Assembly (NCBI RefSeq): GCF_018350175.1
Contig: NC_058368.1
Location: 153,266,001 to 153,330,000 of the forward strand
Origin: Felis catus
Taxonomy: Eukaryota
DNA length: 64,000 nt
Direction of reading: 5' to 3'
Part shown: positions 37,906-50,660 of the stretch, piece by piece
Numbering within the stretch: the first letter of the stretch is position 1
Layout of the letters: each line of letters opens with the position of its first letter
Made by a program: the position numbers and the translations under genes
The notes under the pieces: model-generated
The model's database searches: none
The model's input: the letters and a program-made list of their open reading frames with translations, nothing else
Told to the model about the DNA's origin: nothing

Positions 37906-38683
37906 AAATTAAAATTACACCTTAGGAATAGTTCTTCTTTAATTCTCCTCAAAATTAGGTAAAAAGCTTTCTGTATAAAATTTTAAACTATGCAGTCTTA
38001 AATATTTAATAAAATAACAAGTACATCATATCAAGTAAACAAGAGTCTTGCTAGACATCTTAGCTTGGTAAACAAGGCTCCCAGAATTACTGAACAATCT
38101 AGTTCTTAATCTTTCCAAATGCACTGTTGTGTTTATGAGTGACAAGTTACCATTATGGCCTAATTACTGGTGCTTGCTCTAGACATATGCAAAATATTTA
38201 CAGTTTAATAAAAGAATCCACATGCTTTGGTAGAGTTAAATTCTATAGCCCTCTCTTCTCCATTTTTATTTTTTATTTTAGGGGAAATGTAATTATCATA
38301 TAGTCAGCATCAAAGAACTAAAAATTACAGTTTCCAAACCTGCTTTGTTTAAATGTGTTTGCAAATATTCTTTCTTTGTGAATTTCTAACCATCCCCTTC
38401 AATACCCTACCTGCAATAGACATATATAGTTGAACAGATTTTGCTATTGAAAAATATACGAAAAGGAAATTCACACATCTATAGTAGCATTAGATGTTTG
38501 AAAATAGTTAGGGTGGAAATTGATTCTTGTAAGTTAGTTATGTTTTGCTGGCCTATCATTTGGTGGACCTTACTAAATCTGTGATCTTGTAAAATGTCTT
38601 ATAGTCATCTATCAGTGTTTCAGTACATATATCTTGGGTATCAGAGGTACTGAAATTTGATGTCTTTAATGAAAATACACAGA

Positions 38684-38920
38684 GGGGCACCTGCATGGCT
38701 CAGTTGGTTGAGCATCTGACTCTGTTTTGGCTCGGGTGATGATCCTAGGGTTATGGGATTAAGCCCTGCATCAGGCTCTGTGCTGAGTGTAGAGTCTGCT
38801 TGGAATTCTCTCTCTCCTTCCCTCTGCCCCTCTCCCCAGCTTGCATGCAGCTGAGTGCTTGCTTGCTCTCTCTCGCTCTCAAAAAAACAAACAAAAAAGT
38901 TTGTTAAACAATAAAAAAAT
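38684..38920 (+). mobile_element. CAN-SINE
   Basis: Head, body and tail. Confidence 0.92.
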
Positions 38921-39489
38921 AAAATAGGCAGAAAAGATTGGCAGTCCTGGATGGGAGTCAACAGTTGATCATAGAGTGTATCTGAGCTAGACTTTGAATC
39001 AGCAGACTGATCGTAGTCCCTGATGCATTGGATTTGACCCAAAGGGGTCATATATTTATCTAGAGTTAAAATTTATTACCTATGGAATAGTAGGATTAAT
39101 AGTTGCTCATCTCCTATTTCATAGGATTGCCGTGCTTCTCATTTTACTTTACTATTATTTTCTAAGCCTCAAGAGAAGTATTTTTATATTAGATTCTATA
39201 TATAGAATTTTAAAGTGTTACAAATTGGCACTACAATATGTATATTACATTTTTTTTCCATAAAATTACATTTATTTCAGGCAGACACATTGGGCTATTT
39301 AGATTGAGGATAATTTGGGTGATTAAAGCGGTTTGGCTTTGCCAGGGACCATGAGTTTCAACTTAGTTTCTTACTGGTTTTTAACCACACAAACTGCATC
39401 CCCCCCCCCCCTTTCTTCTTTAGACAGATTATTTCCTGTACTTGGAGGAAGAATGGATGTGGAATTAGATCGGCCTAATTAGATTTGAC

Positions 39490-40139
39490 TCTTCTTTCAC
39501 CAGGACACTTTCAATCCTGTGGAAATATCGTCAGCTTTGCCTTGAGAATACGTCCAGAGTCGCACCACTTTTCTCCAGCTGCACTGCTACCACACTGGTC
39601 TAGTCTTCGGTCTGGGCAATTACAGTGACCTCCTAACTGGCCTGCCTACTTTCATGCTTGCATCCTATAGTCTATTTTTCACATCAAAGTGATCCTATAT
39701 AAGAGATCTCTATAAGAGAAGTTGTGTCCCTCTAGTGCTCAGAATCCTCCAGTGATTCCTCATTTCATTCATTCCAAAGGTCATTGGCCTACAAAGCCCT
39801 CCATGAACTGACTGAGCTCCCTGCCTTTCTGACCTGTTTACCTATTTTCTGTCTCTCTCACCCCACTGCGAACCCCTTGGCCCCTTTGATATTCCTCCAA
39901 CCCACCAAGGAATACCCTTTTGCATGTGCTGTTATTTCTGCCTTCTGAATGCTGTTCTCTCAGATATTTTCATGGCGTTCTCCTTTACTTCCTTCAGGTT
40001 TCGGCTCACAACAGTCTAGGAAGGCTTTTCTTACCATCATCTGTAAATAGCACCATAACATCTACTTGCCCTTTTTTTTGTTGTTTTTTTTGTTTTTTTT
40101 AACTTTTCTCTGTAACACTTATTCGCAATGAATACATTA
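39490..40139. mobile_element. LINE-2 remnant
   Basis: 'cctcctaactggcctgcctactttc', 'ctcagaatcctccagtgattcctcatttc', 'ggcctacaaagccctccatga'. Confidence 0.75.
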
Positions 40140-40141
40140 TA

Positions 40142-40695
40142 TGGTTGACCTTTGAACAACATGGGTTTGAACTATGTGAGTCCATACATATGTGGATTTT
40201 TTTGCAAATATAATACAGTACTGTAAATGCATTTTCCTTATGATTTTCTTAATATTTTATTTTCTCTAGATTATTATAAGAATACAGTATATAATACATA
40301 TAAAAATATGTATTAGTTGTTTATGTTATCAGTAAGGCTTCTGGTCAACTGTAGGTTATTAGTAGTTAAGTTTTGGTGGTGGGAGGGTCAAAGTTATACT
40401 CAGATTTTTTTTTTTAATTAAAAAAAATTTTTTTAAGGTTTATTTATTTTTGAGACAGAAAGAGACAGAGCATGAACGGGGGAGGGTCAGAAAGAGGGAG
40501 ACACAGAATCTGAAACAGGTCTGAGCTGGCAGTACAGAGCCCGCTGCGGGGCTCGAACTCACGGACTGCGAAATCATGACCTGAGCCAAAGTCGGCCACT
40601 TAACCGACTGAGCCACCCAGGTGCCCCTATACTCAGATTTTCAACTGCACTGGGGGTTGGTGCCTTTAACCCCCACATTGTTCAGGGGTCAGCTG
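40142..40695. mobile_element. Tigger2-derived (TcMar) non-autonomous element interrupted by a SINE
   Basis: TIRs gttgacctttgaacaac / attgttcaggggtcagctg with TA flanks. Confidence 0.85.
40405..40627 (-). mobile_element. CAN-SINE in Tigger element
   Basis: TSD tatactcagatttt at 40395-40408 and 40628-40641. Confidence 0.96.
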
Positions 40696-40709
40696 TATTA
40701 CTAGTGGGT

Positions 40710-41310
40710 TTTCAAAATGATACAACCACTCTAGAAAGTAGCTTGTAGTTTCTTAAAAGCTTAAATATGTATTTAACATACAACCTAGGTATTTGCTTTT
40801 AGATATTTTCCCAGGAGAAATGAATATTGCACAAAAACTTATGAGTAAAGCTGCCATGGGTATGTGTATATTACAGCCCCTAAGTGAAAACAATCCAAAT
40901 GTCCATCAATATGAAAATGGATAAACAAATGGCATTATAGCCATAAAATGGAATACTACTCAGGGGAAAGAAAGAACTAGTTATAGATACATACAACATT
41001 GATGAACCTCAAAAAGCTTATGCTAAATAAAAAAGCCAGACCCCAAAAGCATACATACTATTTACAGAATATTCTTGAAAAAGCAGAACTAACCTATCAT
41101 GATAGAAATCAGATCAACTGCCTGAGGTTGGGAGTGGAGGGGAAACTGACTGAAAAGGGCATTAAGGAGACTTTGGTTGGGGGAGGGTGCTCTGTATCTT
41201 GTAGTCATGGAATTCTCACTAAGTATACGTATTTGTTAAGACTGTACACTTAGAATGGATGCATTTCATTATATGTAAAGCTATAATTCAATATAGGGTT
41301 CATTTTTAAA
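40710..41310 (+). mobile_element. Old L1 (L1ME-type) 3' end
   Basis: 'caatccaaatgtccatcaat...atggaatactactcag...gatgaacctcaaaa'. Confidence 0.75.
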
Positions 41311-41337
41311 AACATGGCTTCATAAGAGAAAGAATGT

Positions 41338-41540
41338 GGCGCACCTGGGTGGCTCAGTCCATTAAAATCCTACTCTTGATTCAGCTCAGGTCAGGATCTC
41401 ATAGTTTGTGAGTCTGAGCCCCACATCGGGCTCTGTGCTGACAGTGTGGAGTCTGCTTGGGATTCTCTCTCTCCCTCTCTCTCTGCCCCTCCCTGCTCAC
41501 ACTGTCTCTCAAAAGTAAACATTTTTTTTTTAAGAAAAAT
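41338..41540 (+). mobile_element. CAN-SINE
   Basis: Body and tail. Confidence 0.93.
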
Positions 41541-41564
41541 AATGTAACCCATGGTGGAAAATGT

Positions 41565-41788
41565 ATTTTAATTTTTTTTAATGTTTATTCATTTTCTTGA
41601 GAGAGAAAGAGAGAGACAGAATGCGAGTGGGGGAGGGGCAGAGAAAGAGGGAGACACAGAATCTGAAGCAGGCTCCAGGCTCTGAGCTGACAGCACAGAG
41701 GCCGATGCTGGGCCTGAACTCATGGACAGCAGATTCATGACCTGAGCTGAAGTTGGACGCTCAACTAATTGAGCCACTCAAGTGCCCC
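41565..41788 (-). mobile_element. CAN-SINE
   Basis: Body and tail, inverted relative to the previous copy. Confidence 0.94.
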
Positions 41789-42916
41789 ATAAATTACAGA
41801 TCTGAGAAAATTGGGGGAATCTTAGGGCCCACCATTGAAAAATCTCATGTTTTTGTTCAGATATAACTCCACTGTGTGTTACAACTTGAAATGTCTGGTA
41901 AAAAGCATTCTGGTTAGCATGATAAGAAAGGTTAAGAAGTCACCATGAAATCCAAACTCTGTAATTTCTCTTAAGCTTCTGAGCTGGTGCAGAAGCTCTG
42001 GCCTTCATGAACATCAAGTAGTGTCCTAGAGATGCCATCATCACAAAAAAACAAAACCCAAAGGGCTGGGGAGGTGGTGAAAGGGATGAGTGGTGGTGCT
42101 AATACCAATCTGGCTCCTTTGCTACAGACTCTTGTTCTCTCATTCTGTATTTATCCAGTGCTTTATTTAGAAAAGATTAAATCAAAACTGTAAAATTAAA
42201 ACATGATGAGTGATTAAAAGCAGCAAGAGAAAACAACTTGTTACATATAACAGACTCCCCCTGCCCCAAAGCTGTCAGTAGATTTCTCAGAAACTTTTTG
42301 GCCCCAAAGGGAGTGACATGATATATTCAGGTGCTGAAAGGAAAAAATTCCAACCAAGAATACTTTACCCAGCACAGTTATCATTCAGAATTGAAGGAGA
42401 GAGAAAGGGTTTTCCAGACAAGCAAAAGCTAAAGGAATTCATCACCACTAAACCAGCCTTACAAGAAATGTTGAAGGGAATTCTTTAAGCTAAAAGAAAA
42501 GGACACTAATTTGCAACAAGAAAACATATGAAAGTAAAATCTCACTGATAAAGGTAAATATATAGAAAAGATAGTGGATTAATCACTTATAAAACTAGTA
42601 TGAAGTTTAAAATAAAATAGGAAAAATATAACTACAATAATTAGTTAAAGGATATACAAAATAAAAAGATATAAAATGTGATGGCAAATACATAAAATTG
42701 GGGGGTGGTAAAAATGCAGGGTTTTAAAATGTGTTCATACTTAAGTTGCTTTCATCTTAAAATAGATGATTGTACAAATAGGCTGTTATATGTGAGCCTC
42801 ATGGTAACCACACAGCAAAAACCTATAATAGACCCATAAAAGATAATAAGAAAGGAGTCTGAGCATATTACATAAAGTGATCAAGGCACAAGGAAGAAAG
42901 GAAGAAAGAATTACAA

Positions 42917-43158
42917 GGGGCCCCTGGGTGGCTCAGTTGGTTAAGCATCCAACTTTGACTCAGGTCATGATCTCACGCGCTGGTGAGTTCACACCCCACG
43001 TTGGGCTCTGTGCTGACCAGCTCAGAGCCTGGAGCCTGCTTCAAGTTCTATGTCTCTGTCACTCTTTGCCCCTCCCCAACTCGCGTGCATATATGTGCAT
43101 GTGCGCATGCTTACACTCTCTCTCTCTCAAAAATAAACATTAAAAGAAAAAAAAAAAG
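42917..43158 (+). mobile_element. CAN-SINE in L1
   Basis: TSD aaagaattacaa. Confidence 0.94.
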
Positions 43159-43575
43159 AATTACAAAACAGCCACAAAATTGAATCAGTAATCAAAAACC
43201 TCCCGACTAGCAAGAGTTCAGGGATGAGACAGCTTCACTCATGAATTCTACTAAACAAAGATTTTAATACCAATCCTTCTCAAAGTCTTCCAAAAATTTG
43301 AAGAGAAAGGAATGCTTCTGAACTCATTTTACGAGGTCAGCATTACTCTCATACCCAAACCAGTCAAAGACACCATAAAAAATAAAACTATGGACCACTA
43401 TTCCTGGTGAACGTAGATGAAAAAAATCCTCAACAAAATACGAGCAAACTGAATTCAACAATACATTAAAAGAAGCATTCACAGTGATCAAGTGGGATTT
43501 ATTCCAGTGATGCAAGGATGGTTCACAATCTGCAAATTAATCACTATGATATACATTAAAAATGTGAAGGAATGT

Positions 43576-43757
43576 GGAGCGCCTGGGTGGCTCAGTCAAG
43601 CATCTGACTCTTGATTTTGGTCATGTGAAATTTGAGCCCTGTATTGGGCTGTGTGCTGATAGTACAGAGCTTGCTTGTGATTCTTTCTCTCTCCCCCTCT
43701 ATCTGCCTCTCTCCTACTTGCATATGCACTCTCTCTCAAATAAGCATTAAAAAAAAG
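43576..43757 (+). mobile_element. CAN-SINE in L1
   Basis: Degenerate body and tail. Confidence 0.88.
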
Positions 43758-44000
43758 CAAAGGAATAAAATGATCTCAGTAGATGCAGAAAAAGTAGTTG
43801 TCAAAGTTTAGCATGCTTTTAGATAAAAAAAAAACAACAACCCTGTCAACAAAGTGAGTGTAGATAGAACATACCTCAACATAGTAAAGGCCATATATGA
43901 CAAGACCACAGCTAACACTATGCTCAATAGTAAAAAATTGAAAGCTCTTGTTTTAAGATTAGGAACAAGATAAGGATGTTTACTATCACCGCTTTTTTTC

Positions 44001-44772
44001 TTTTTTTTTTTTGTTTTCAAAAAATATTTTATTTATTTATTTTTTCTTTTTGAATTGTAATGACTAGTTTTTTTTTCAATATATGAAATTTATTGTCAAA
44101 TTGGTTTCCATACAACATCCAGTGCTCATCCCAAAAGGTGCCCTCCTCAATACCCATCACCCACCCCCCATCAACCCTCAGTTTGTTCTCAGTTTTCAAG
44201 AGTCTCTTATGCTTTGGCTCTCTCCCACTCTAACCTCTTTTTTTTTTTTCCTTCCCCTCCCCCATGGGTTTCTGTTAAGTTTCTCAGGATCCACATAAGA
44301 GTGAAAATATATGGTATCTGTCTTTCTCTGTATGACTTATTTCACTTAGCATAACACTCTCCAGTTCATCCACATTGCTACAAAGGGCCATATTTCGTTC
44401 TTTCGCATTGCCATGTAGTACTCCATTGTGTATATAAACCACAATTTCTTTATCCATTCATCAGTTGATGGACATTTAGGCTCTTTCCATAATTTGGCTA
44501 TTGTTGAGAGTGCTGCTATAAACATTGGGGTCCAAGTGCCCCTATGCATCAGTACTCCTGTATCCCTTGGGTAAATTCCTACCAGTGCTATTGCTGGGTC
44601 ATAGGGTAGATCTATTTTTAATTTTTTGAGGAACCTCCACACTGTTTTCCAGAGTGGCTGCACCAATTTGCATTCCCACCAACAGTGCAAGAGGGTTCCC
44701 GTTTCTCCACATCCTCGCCAGCATCTATAGTCTCCTGATTTGTTCATTTTGGCCACTCTGACTGGCATGAGG
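44001..44772 (-). mobile_element. Young felid-type L1 3' fragment inserted antisense into the older L1
   Basis: Open ORF2 C-terminus ([29 protein letters not shown]); 17-bp TSD tatcacc(g/c)ctttttttc at 43984-44000 and 44773-44789. Confidence 0.96.
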
Positions 44773-45331
44773 TATCACCCCTTTTTTTCAACATAGTACT
44801 AGGAGTCCTAACCAAAGTCCTTAGGCAGGAGAAGAAATAAAAGACATCCAAATTGGGAAGGAAAAAGTAAAACTGTCATTATTCGTGAACATGGTTTTAT
44901 ATATTGAAAACCTTATAGAGTCCACCAAAACTCTAGTTGAAACTAATAAATGAATTCAGTAAAATTCAGGGTACAAAATCAGTATGTAAAACCTGTTGAA
45001 TTTTTATATACTAACAACAAAATATCAGGAAGAGAAATTAAAAAACAATCTTATTTATAATTGCATTAAAAAGGAATAAAATACCTAGGAATAATTTTAA
45101 CCAAAGAAGCGAAAGGCCTGTATACTGAATACTAAGACATTGATGAAAGAAATTAAAGAAGACACAAAGAAATGCAAACATACTCCATGCTTACAGATTG
45201 GAAGAATTAATATTGTTAAAATGTCCATATTACACAAAGCAATCTGCAGATTAAATGAAATCCCTATCAAAATACCAACATTTTTCACAGAACTAGAACA
45301 AAAAATCCTAAATTCTAAAATTTGCATGGAA

Positions 45332-45613
45332 GGGTGCTTGGGTGGTTCAGTTGGTTAAGTGTCTCACTTTGGCTCAGGTCATGATCTCAGGGTTTTATGA
45401 GTTCGAGCCCCGCATTGAGCCCTCTGCTCCATGCAGATCCCGCTTCTGATCCTCTGTATCCCTTTCTCTGTGCCCCTCCCCCTCTCATGAGCGCTCTTGC
45501 TCTTTCTCTCCCTCTCTGTCAAAAATAAATAAACATTTAAAAAAGAATAAAAAATAAAAACAATAAAACACAGGTGGGCAAAGTATGGTTTATTGCTTGT
45601 TGAAAAAAATGAA
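45332..45613 (+). mobile_element. CAN-SINE in L1 with extra 3' sequence
   Basis: TSD taaaatttg(c/t)atggaa at 45316-45331 and 45614-45629. Confidence 0.92.
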
Positions 45614-47899
45614 TAAAATTTGTATGGAAATACAAGAGACTGCAAATAGCAAAGCAATCTTGAGAAAAAAGAACAAAGAGACATCACAGTCCCAGATTTC
45701 AAATTATATTATAAAGTTATAGTAATCAAAACAGCATGGTATTGGCCTAAAAACAGACACATGGATGAATGAAACAGAATAAAGAGCCCCAAAGTAAACC
45801 CATGCACATATGGGCAATTAATTTATAACAAAGGAGGCAAGAATGTACCATGGGGAAAAGACAGTTTCTTTAATAAATAGTATTGTTAAAACTGGACCAC
45901 TAACTTAAATTAGCTCAACATGGATTAAAGACTTAAATGTGAAACTTGAAATCATGAGACTTCTAGAAGGAAACATAAGGGGTAAGTTCCTTGACATTGG
46001 TCTTGGTGATGATATTTGGGACCTGACTCCAAAGGCAAAAGCAACAAAAGCAAAAATAAACAAATGAAACTACATCAAATTAAAAAGGGTCTGCACAGTG
46101 AGGGGAAATATGAACAAAATGAAAAGATTGTCTACTATGTGAGAAAACATATTTGCAAATCATGTATCCAATTATCCAATATAGAGTTAGTATCAAAAGT
46201 ATATAGAGAATTCCTGCAACTCAGTAACAAAAAACAAACCTTCTGGTTACAAAATGGGTAGAGGTTCTGAGTAGAAATTTTTCCAAAGAAGACATACAGA
46301 TGGCTGACAGGCACATGAAAAGATGTTCAATATTACTCATCATTAGGAAAATACAAATCAAAACCATAATGAGGTATCATATTACACCTGACAGAATGGC
46401 TATTAATCAAAAAGAAATAACAAGAGTTAGGATGTAGTGAGAAGGGAGCCCTTGTGTACTGCTGATGGGAATGTGAATTGGTGCAGCCACTGTGGAATAC
46501 AATATGGAAGTTCCTCAAAATATTAAAAATAGAACTTGTTCTCTATTAAAAATAGAATTACTTGTAGGCATTTGGATAAATATTTGGATAAATACTCAAA
46601 TACACACGTAATTCCACTTCTGGGTATTTACCAAAGAAAACAAAAGCACAAATTCAATAAAATATATGCACTCGTATGTTCATTGCAGCCTTATTTAACA
46701 ATAGCCAAGATATAGAAACAACCTAAGTGTCTGTCATTGGGTGAATGGATAAGGTAGATGTGGTACACATATATACAGTGGGTAGTACCCAGCCATTAAA
46801 AAATAATGAAATTTTACTGTTTGTGACAACATGGATGGACCTTGAGTGTATCCATGCTACGTGAAATTAGTCAAACAGAGAAAGACCAATACCATGTGAT
46901 TTCACTTATATGTGAACATAAAAAAGCAAAAACAAAACAAAACAAAGCAAAAAAAAAACCACCCTGGAATTCATAGATATAGATAACAGATTGGTGGTTG
47001 TCAGAGGGAAGAGGGGAAGAGTATGAGCGAAATGGGTAAGGGGATCATGAGGTACCAACTTCCAATTATAAATAAGTCATGGGGATGTAATATACAGCAT
47101 GATGACTATAGTCAGTAATGTATTACATATTTAAAAGTTGCTGAATAGATCTAGAATGTTCTCATCATAAGAAAAGAAAACTTATGTAACTATGGTGATG
47201 GATGGTAACTAGACTTATTGCACTGATGGTTTTACAATATATACAAATATTGAATCATTATGCTGTACACCTGAAATTAATGTAATGTTGTATGTCAATT
47301 ATACTTCAATTAAAAAACATTAAAAAAACATGATGAGTGACAGTTGTGAGAGACAACAGCTGTGGCATTAGATTTTCATCATGTCAGGCCTGAGATCTGT
47401 ATTTCAGGTCACTTTTTTCCACTGGCACTGATCCTGAAGGACAACAGTTGTCCTTCTATTGGCTATTTGCTAACCCACCTGTTGCCTCCATGGGCTAAAA
47501 GCTTAACAGAGTTGCAATGGGAAATGAGCCATTTCAGAGATCTGGGCTGAATAGGGCCTTCATGTAGCATTTTACTTCAGAAGTTTAAGCAAAACATTAT
47601 CTGGTGTTATCAGCAATAACAGTAGTATGTGTCATCATTCCCATTCTAGGTAAAGAAAACCTTTCAAATTATAATAAACACTTGCTTTAAATGTATACCC
47701 ACAACTAGAATAGATATCTACTTTTTCAGTTATCTAAAAAATATATTTTTTGAAATAGCCATATCTAACATATAGTCAAATACTAAAGAATTCAAGGCAA
47801 AAAGGGAATTTATTTAATGTTTCCCTTCTTGATCAATGCATCATTTCATAGTCATTAAACCATCCTCTTTTGCAAAATAAAGTTATTGGTAAATGGTTA

Positions 47900-48269
47900 A
47901 ATATCATTACTTGGATAAATTAACTGTGGTACATCCATACAATAGAATATTATGAGCAATGACAATGGACAAACTCATGATACATGCAAGAAAATGTTTG
48001 AATCTTACAGGTGTTATGCTAAATGAAAGAAGCCAAATTCAAAAGGCTACATACTCCCTGATAACATTTACATAGCAATCTGGAAGAGGCAAAAATAAAA
48101 GGAGAGAAAAGAGATTAGTCATTGTCAGAGATTTGAGGGAGGTTAGGTTCTGACTTCGAGTAAGTATGGGGGAGTTTGAGGATTGATGAAATTACTTTGT
48201 ATTTGTTTGTGGTTATAGGATTGTGCGTTGGTAAAAATTTACAGAACTGTGCACTAAAAGCACTAAAAT

Positions 48270-48321
<52 letters not shown>

Positions 48322-48395
48322 CTTATATACTATGTATACTTAAATACCTTAAATACTTTATATGAATACCTTAATTTTAAAAAAGAAAAAAAATC
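47900..48395 (+). mobile_element. Old L1 (L1MD/ME-type) 3' UTR containing (TA)n(CA)n at 48273-48321
   Basis: 'ggataaattaactgtggtacatccatacaatagaatatta...gttatgctaaatgaaagaagccaa'. Confidence 0.75.
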
Positions 48396-49204
48396 AATAT
48401 TTTCACAGAAGTATTTCTGCCCAAAATATGTATTTTAATGTGAAAGAGCTATAAATGGTCGTCACAGGTATTGCAGATCTAAAAATCCTCATTAGACTCT
48501 AAATGTACAAAATGAGTCATCAGGCTTTACTATTAATAGAAATTGAAGTGTGTGAACAGCAATATTTTAGTAAAAATATAAGCCTTATGAAGAGCTGTAG
48601 ATACTATTGTGAGAGTTTGTGTTTTGTTTTTTTTGCACTTGTGTTCAGATATATTAAGCATAAGGGGTACTGTATATTTGAATTTTGCTCTTTTACATTT
48701 GAGAAATTAAGACACTTGGTTGAAAAGAAACCAGGAATTCTGTATCAGTAGATTACTCACATTCAGTTTTGGAATGCTCTATGAATGTTTTTTAATACCT
48801 TCATAAATTGTGAAAAGTAGATAGATTGTTGAGCTTGTGCATACAAATACTAGTTCTCCAGCCTGAGAATGTATTTACACGTCTATTTATTCATCATTTT
48901 ACTGTAATCTAACACCATTCTTACTAGTAATTTTTCTACAAAAGGAGCACTCTGGTAATATTCTAAGGTGGCATTTAATACAGTATCTGGGAGAAGAAAT
49001 CCAGAAGGAAGTACTCCTTATCACTTTCTTATTTATGCTAATTTCACTATCACTTTTGGAGTCACTCAGGCTTGAAACCTGGTAGTTGTTTTTAGTTCTT
49101 TCTTCTTCCTTCTCCCTTACTCACCCAGTCATCTGTCATGAGTCTCCCACATCTGCTTTATCTTGTAAAGTTCCCTCTTCTCCATGTCACTACTAACTTC
49201 TTTG

Positions 49205-49355
49205 TGGTGCCTCAAACTGGTTGTGTACATGAGCCAGGGAAAGTATTAGACAACAACAACAACAACAAAAAGCAGATATCTAGGCCCATCCCAGAGGTGC
49301 TGAATCAGGATCCCTAGGTAGGGTCCAGGGATTTGTACTTTTCGACAGCTTCCTA
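49205..49355. mobile_element. MER5-type MITE remnant
   Basis: 'gcagatatctaggcccatcccagaggtgctgaatcagga'. Confidence 0.6.
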
Positions 49356-49806
49356 GGAAAATGGGGAAGGCTTCCTATTTGCAGTACCTAGATAACACCT
49401 GTTCTCAAAAACTGAGAGATGTAAGAAAGGGTAATAGTGAGAAGTGGAACTAAGACATCCAGATAAATTAAAGGTCCTACAGTGAATATGGAGCCACAGT
49501 GGACCATGTTTCCCCTTTCCCTCCTTCCAGCCCCCTAGTTCAAAACATTTGATGATCAGGGCTTTTGCCCCAATCCAAAACAAAAACACAAATAAGGTTT
49601 TCATCTAGAGGCACTGAAAATACTGTCTGGGGGAACTATGGCAGCCTAGTATCACAGTGTGTTGCTGATGCCCTAAAATAAAATCATCCTGGAACTTAAG
49701 AACCAAGAAGTTTATGTATTATAAACTGAAGCCTTTCTGATGCCTCTTTTTGAATATAAAAACGCAACCAAGATCCCTAGACATTTGGAAAAAACCTGGA
49801 AAATAA

Positions 49807-49997
49807 GGGGTGCCTGGGTGGCTCAGTCAGTTATGCGGCCTACTTTGGTTCGGGCCCTGATCTGCCTCGGGCTCTGTGCTGTCAGCATGGAGCCCGCTTT
49901 GGATCCTGTTTCTCCCCCACCCCCCCTCTGCCCCTCCCCTGCTTGCATGCTTGCTTTCTCTCAAAAATAAAAAAAGAAAAACATTAAAAAAAAAAAG
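49807..49997 (+). mobile_element. CAN-SINE (first of tandem pair)
   Basis: Body with internal deletion. Confidence 0.9.
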
Positions 49998-50000
49998 AGT

Positions 50001-50270
50001 GGTGCCTGGGTGGCTCAGTCGGTTAAGCATCTGACTTTGGCTCAGGTCATGATCTCACGGTTTGTGGGTTCAAGCCCCGCATGGGGCTCTGTGCTGACAG
50101 TGCGGAACCTGCTTTGGATTTGGATTCTCTCTCCCTCTCTGTCTGTCCCTCCCCCTCTCTGTCCCTCCCTAACTCATGCTCGCACGCACTCTCTCTCTCT
50201 CTCTCTCTCTCTCAAAAATAAATGAATAAACTTTAAAAAATAAAAATAAAACAATGAAGAAAAAAAAAGA
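50001..50270 (+). mobile_element. CAN-SINE (second of tandem pair)
   Basis: Full body and long A-rich tail. Confidence 0.94.
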
Positions 50271-50445
50271 AAACCTGCTAAATAAAAAGAAATGCATCAA
50301 TAGAAAACTTGGCATAAGGAAATACAAATAATTCAGAGAACAAAGAATTCTTTAAAAAAAAAAATGCCCTAATAAGTTTATCAGAGAAATTCAAGAAGAT
50401 ATTATAATAAAAGAATGATCAGACACTAAGAATCCTGAGAATCCA

Positions 50446-50609
50446 GGGGTGCCTGGGTAACTTAGTTGGTTAAGCATCCAGCTCTTTTTGGCTTAGGTTA
50501 TGATCTCACGATTTATGAGTTTGAGCCCCACGTCAAGCTCTGTGCTGACAGTGTGGACCCTGCTTCAGATTCTCTCTCTCTTTCCCTCTCCACCCTTTTC
50601 CTGCTCATG

Positions 50610-50640
<31 letters not shown>

Positions 50641-50660
50641 AAAATAAACTTAAAAAAATA
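50446..50660 (+). mobile_element. CAN-SINE
   Basis: TSD aagaatcctgagaa. Confidence 0.93.

Larger units (their letters stand above)
42214..47324 (+). mobile_element. LINE-1 (carnivore/L1MA type): ORF1 3' end, inter-ORF region, ORF2 with internal deletion, 3' UTR
   Basis: ORF1 motif caaccaagaatactttacccagca; RT motifs (gatcaagtgggatttattccagtgatgcaaggatggttc); [19 protein letters not shown]; perfect 16-bp TSD aaaacatgatgagtga at 42198-42213 and 47325-47340. Confidence 0.96.

Noticed and set aside
44346..44768. 140-aa ORF
   Set aside because: L1 ORF2 C-terminal fragment of a 5'-truncated insertion, not a host gene
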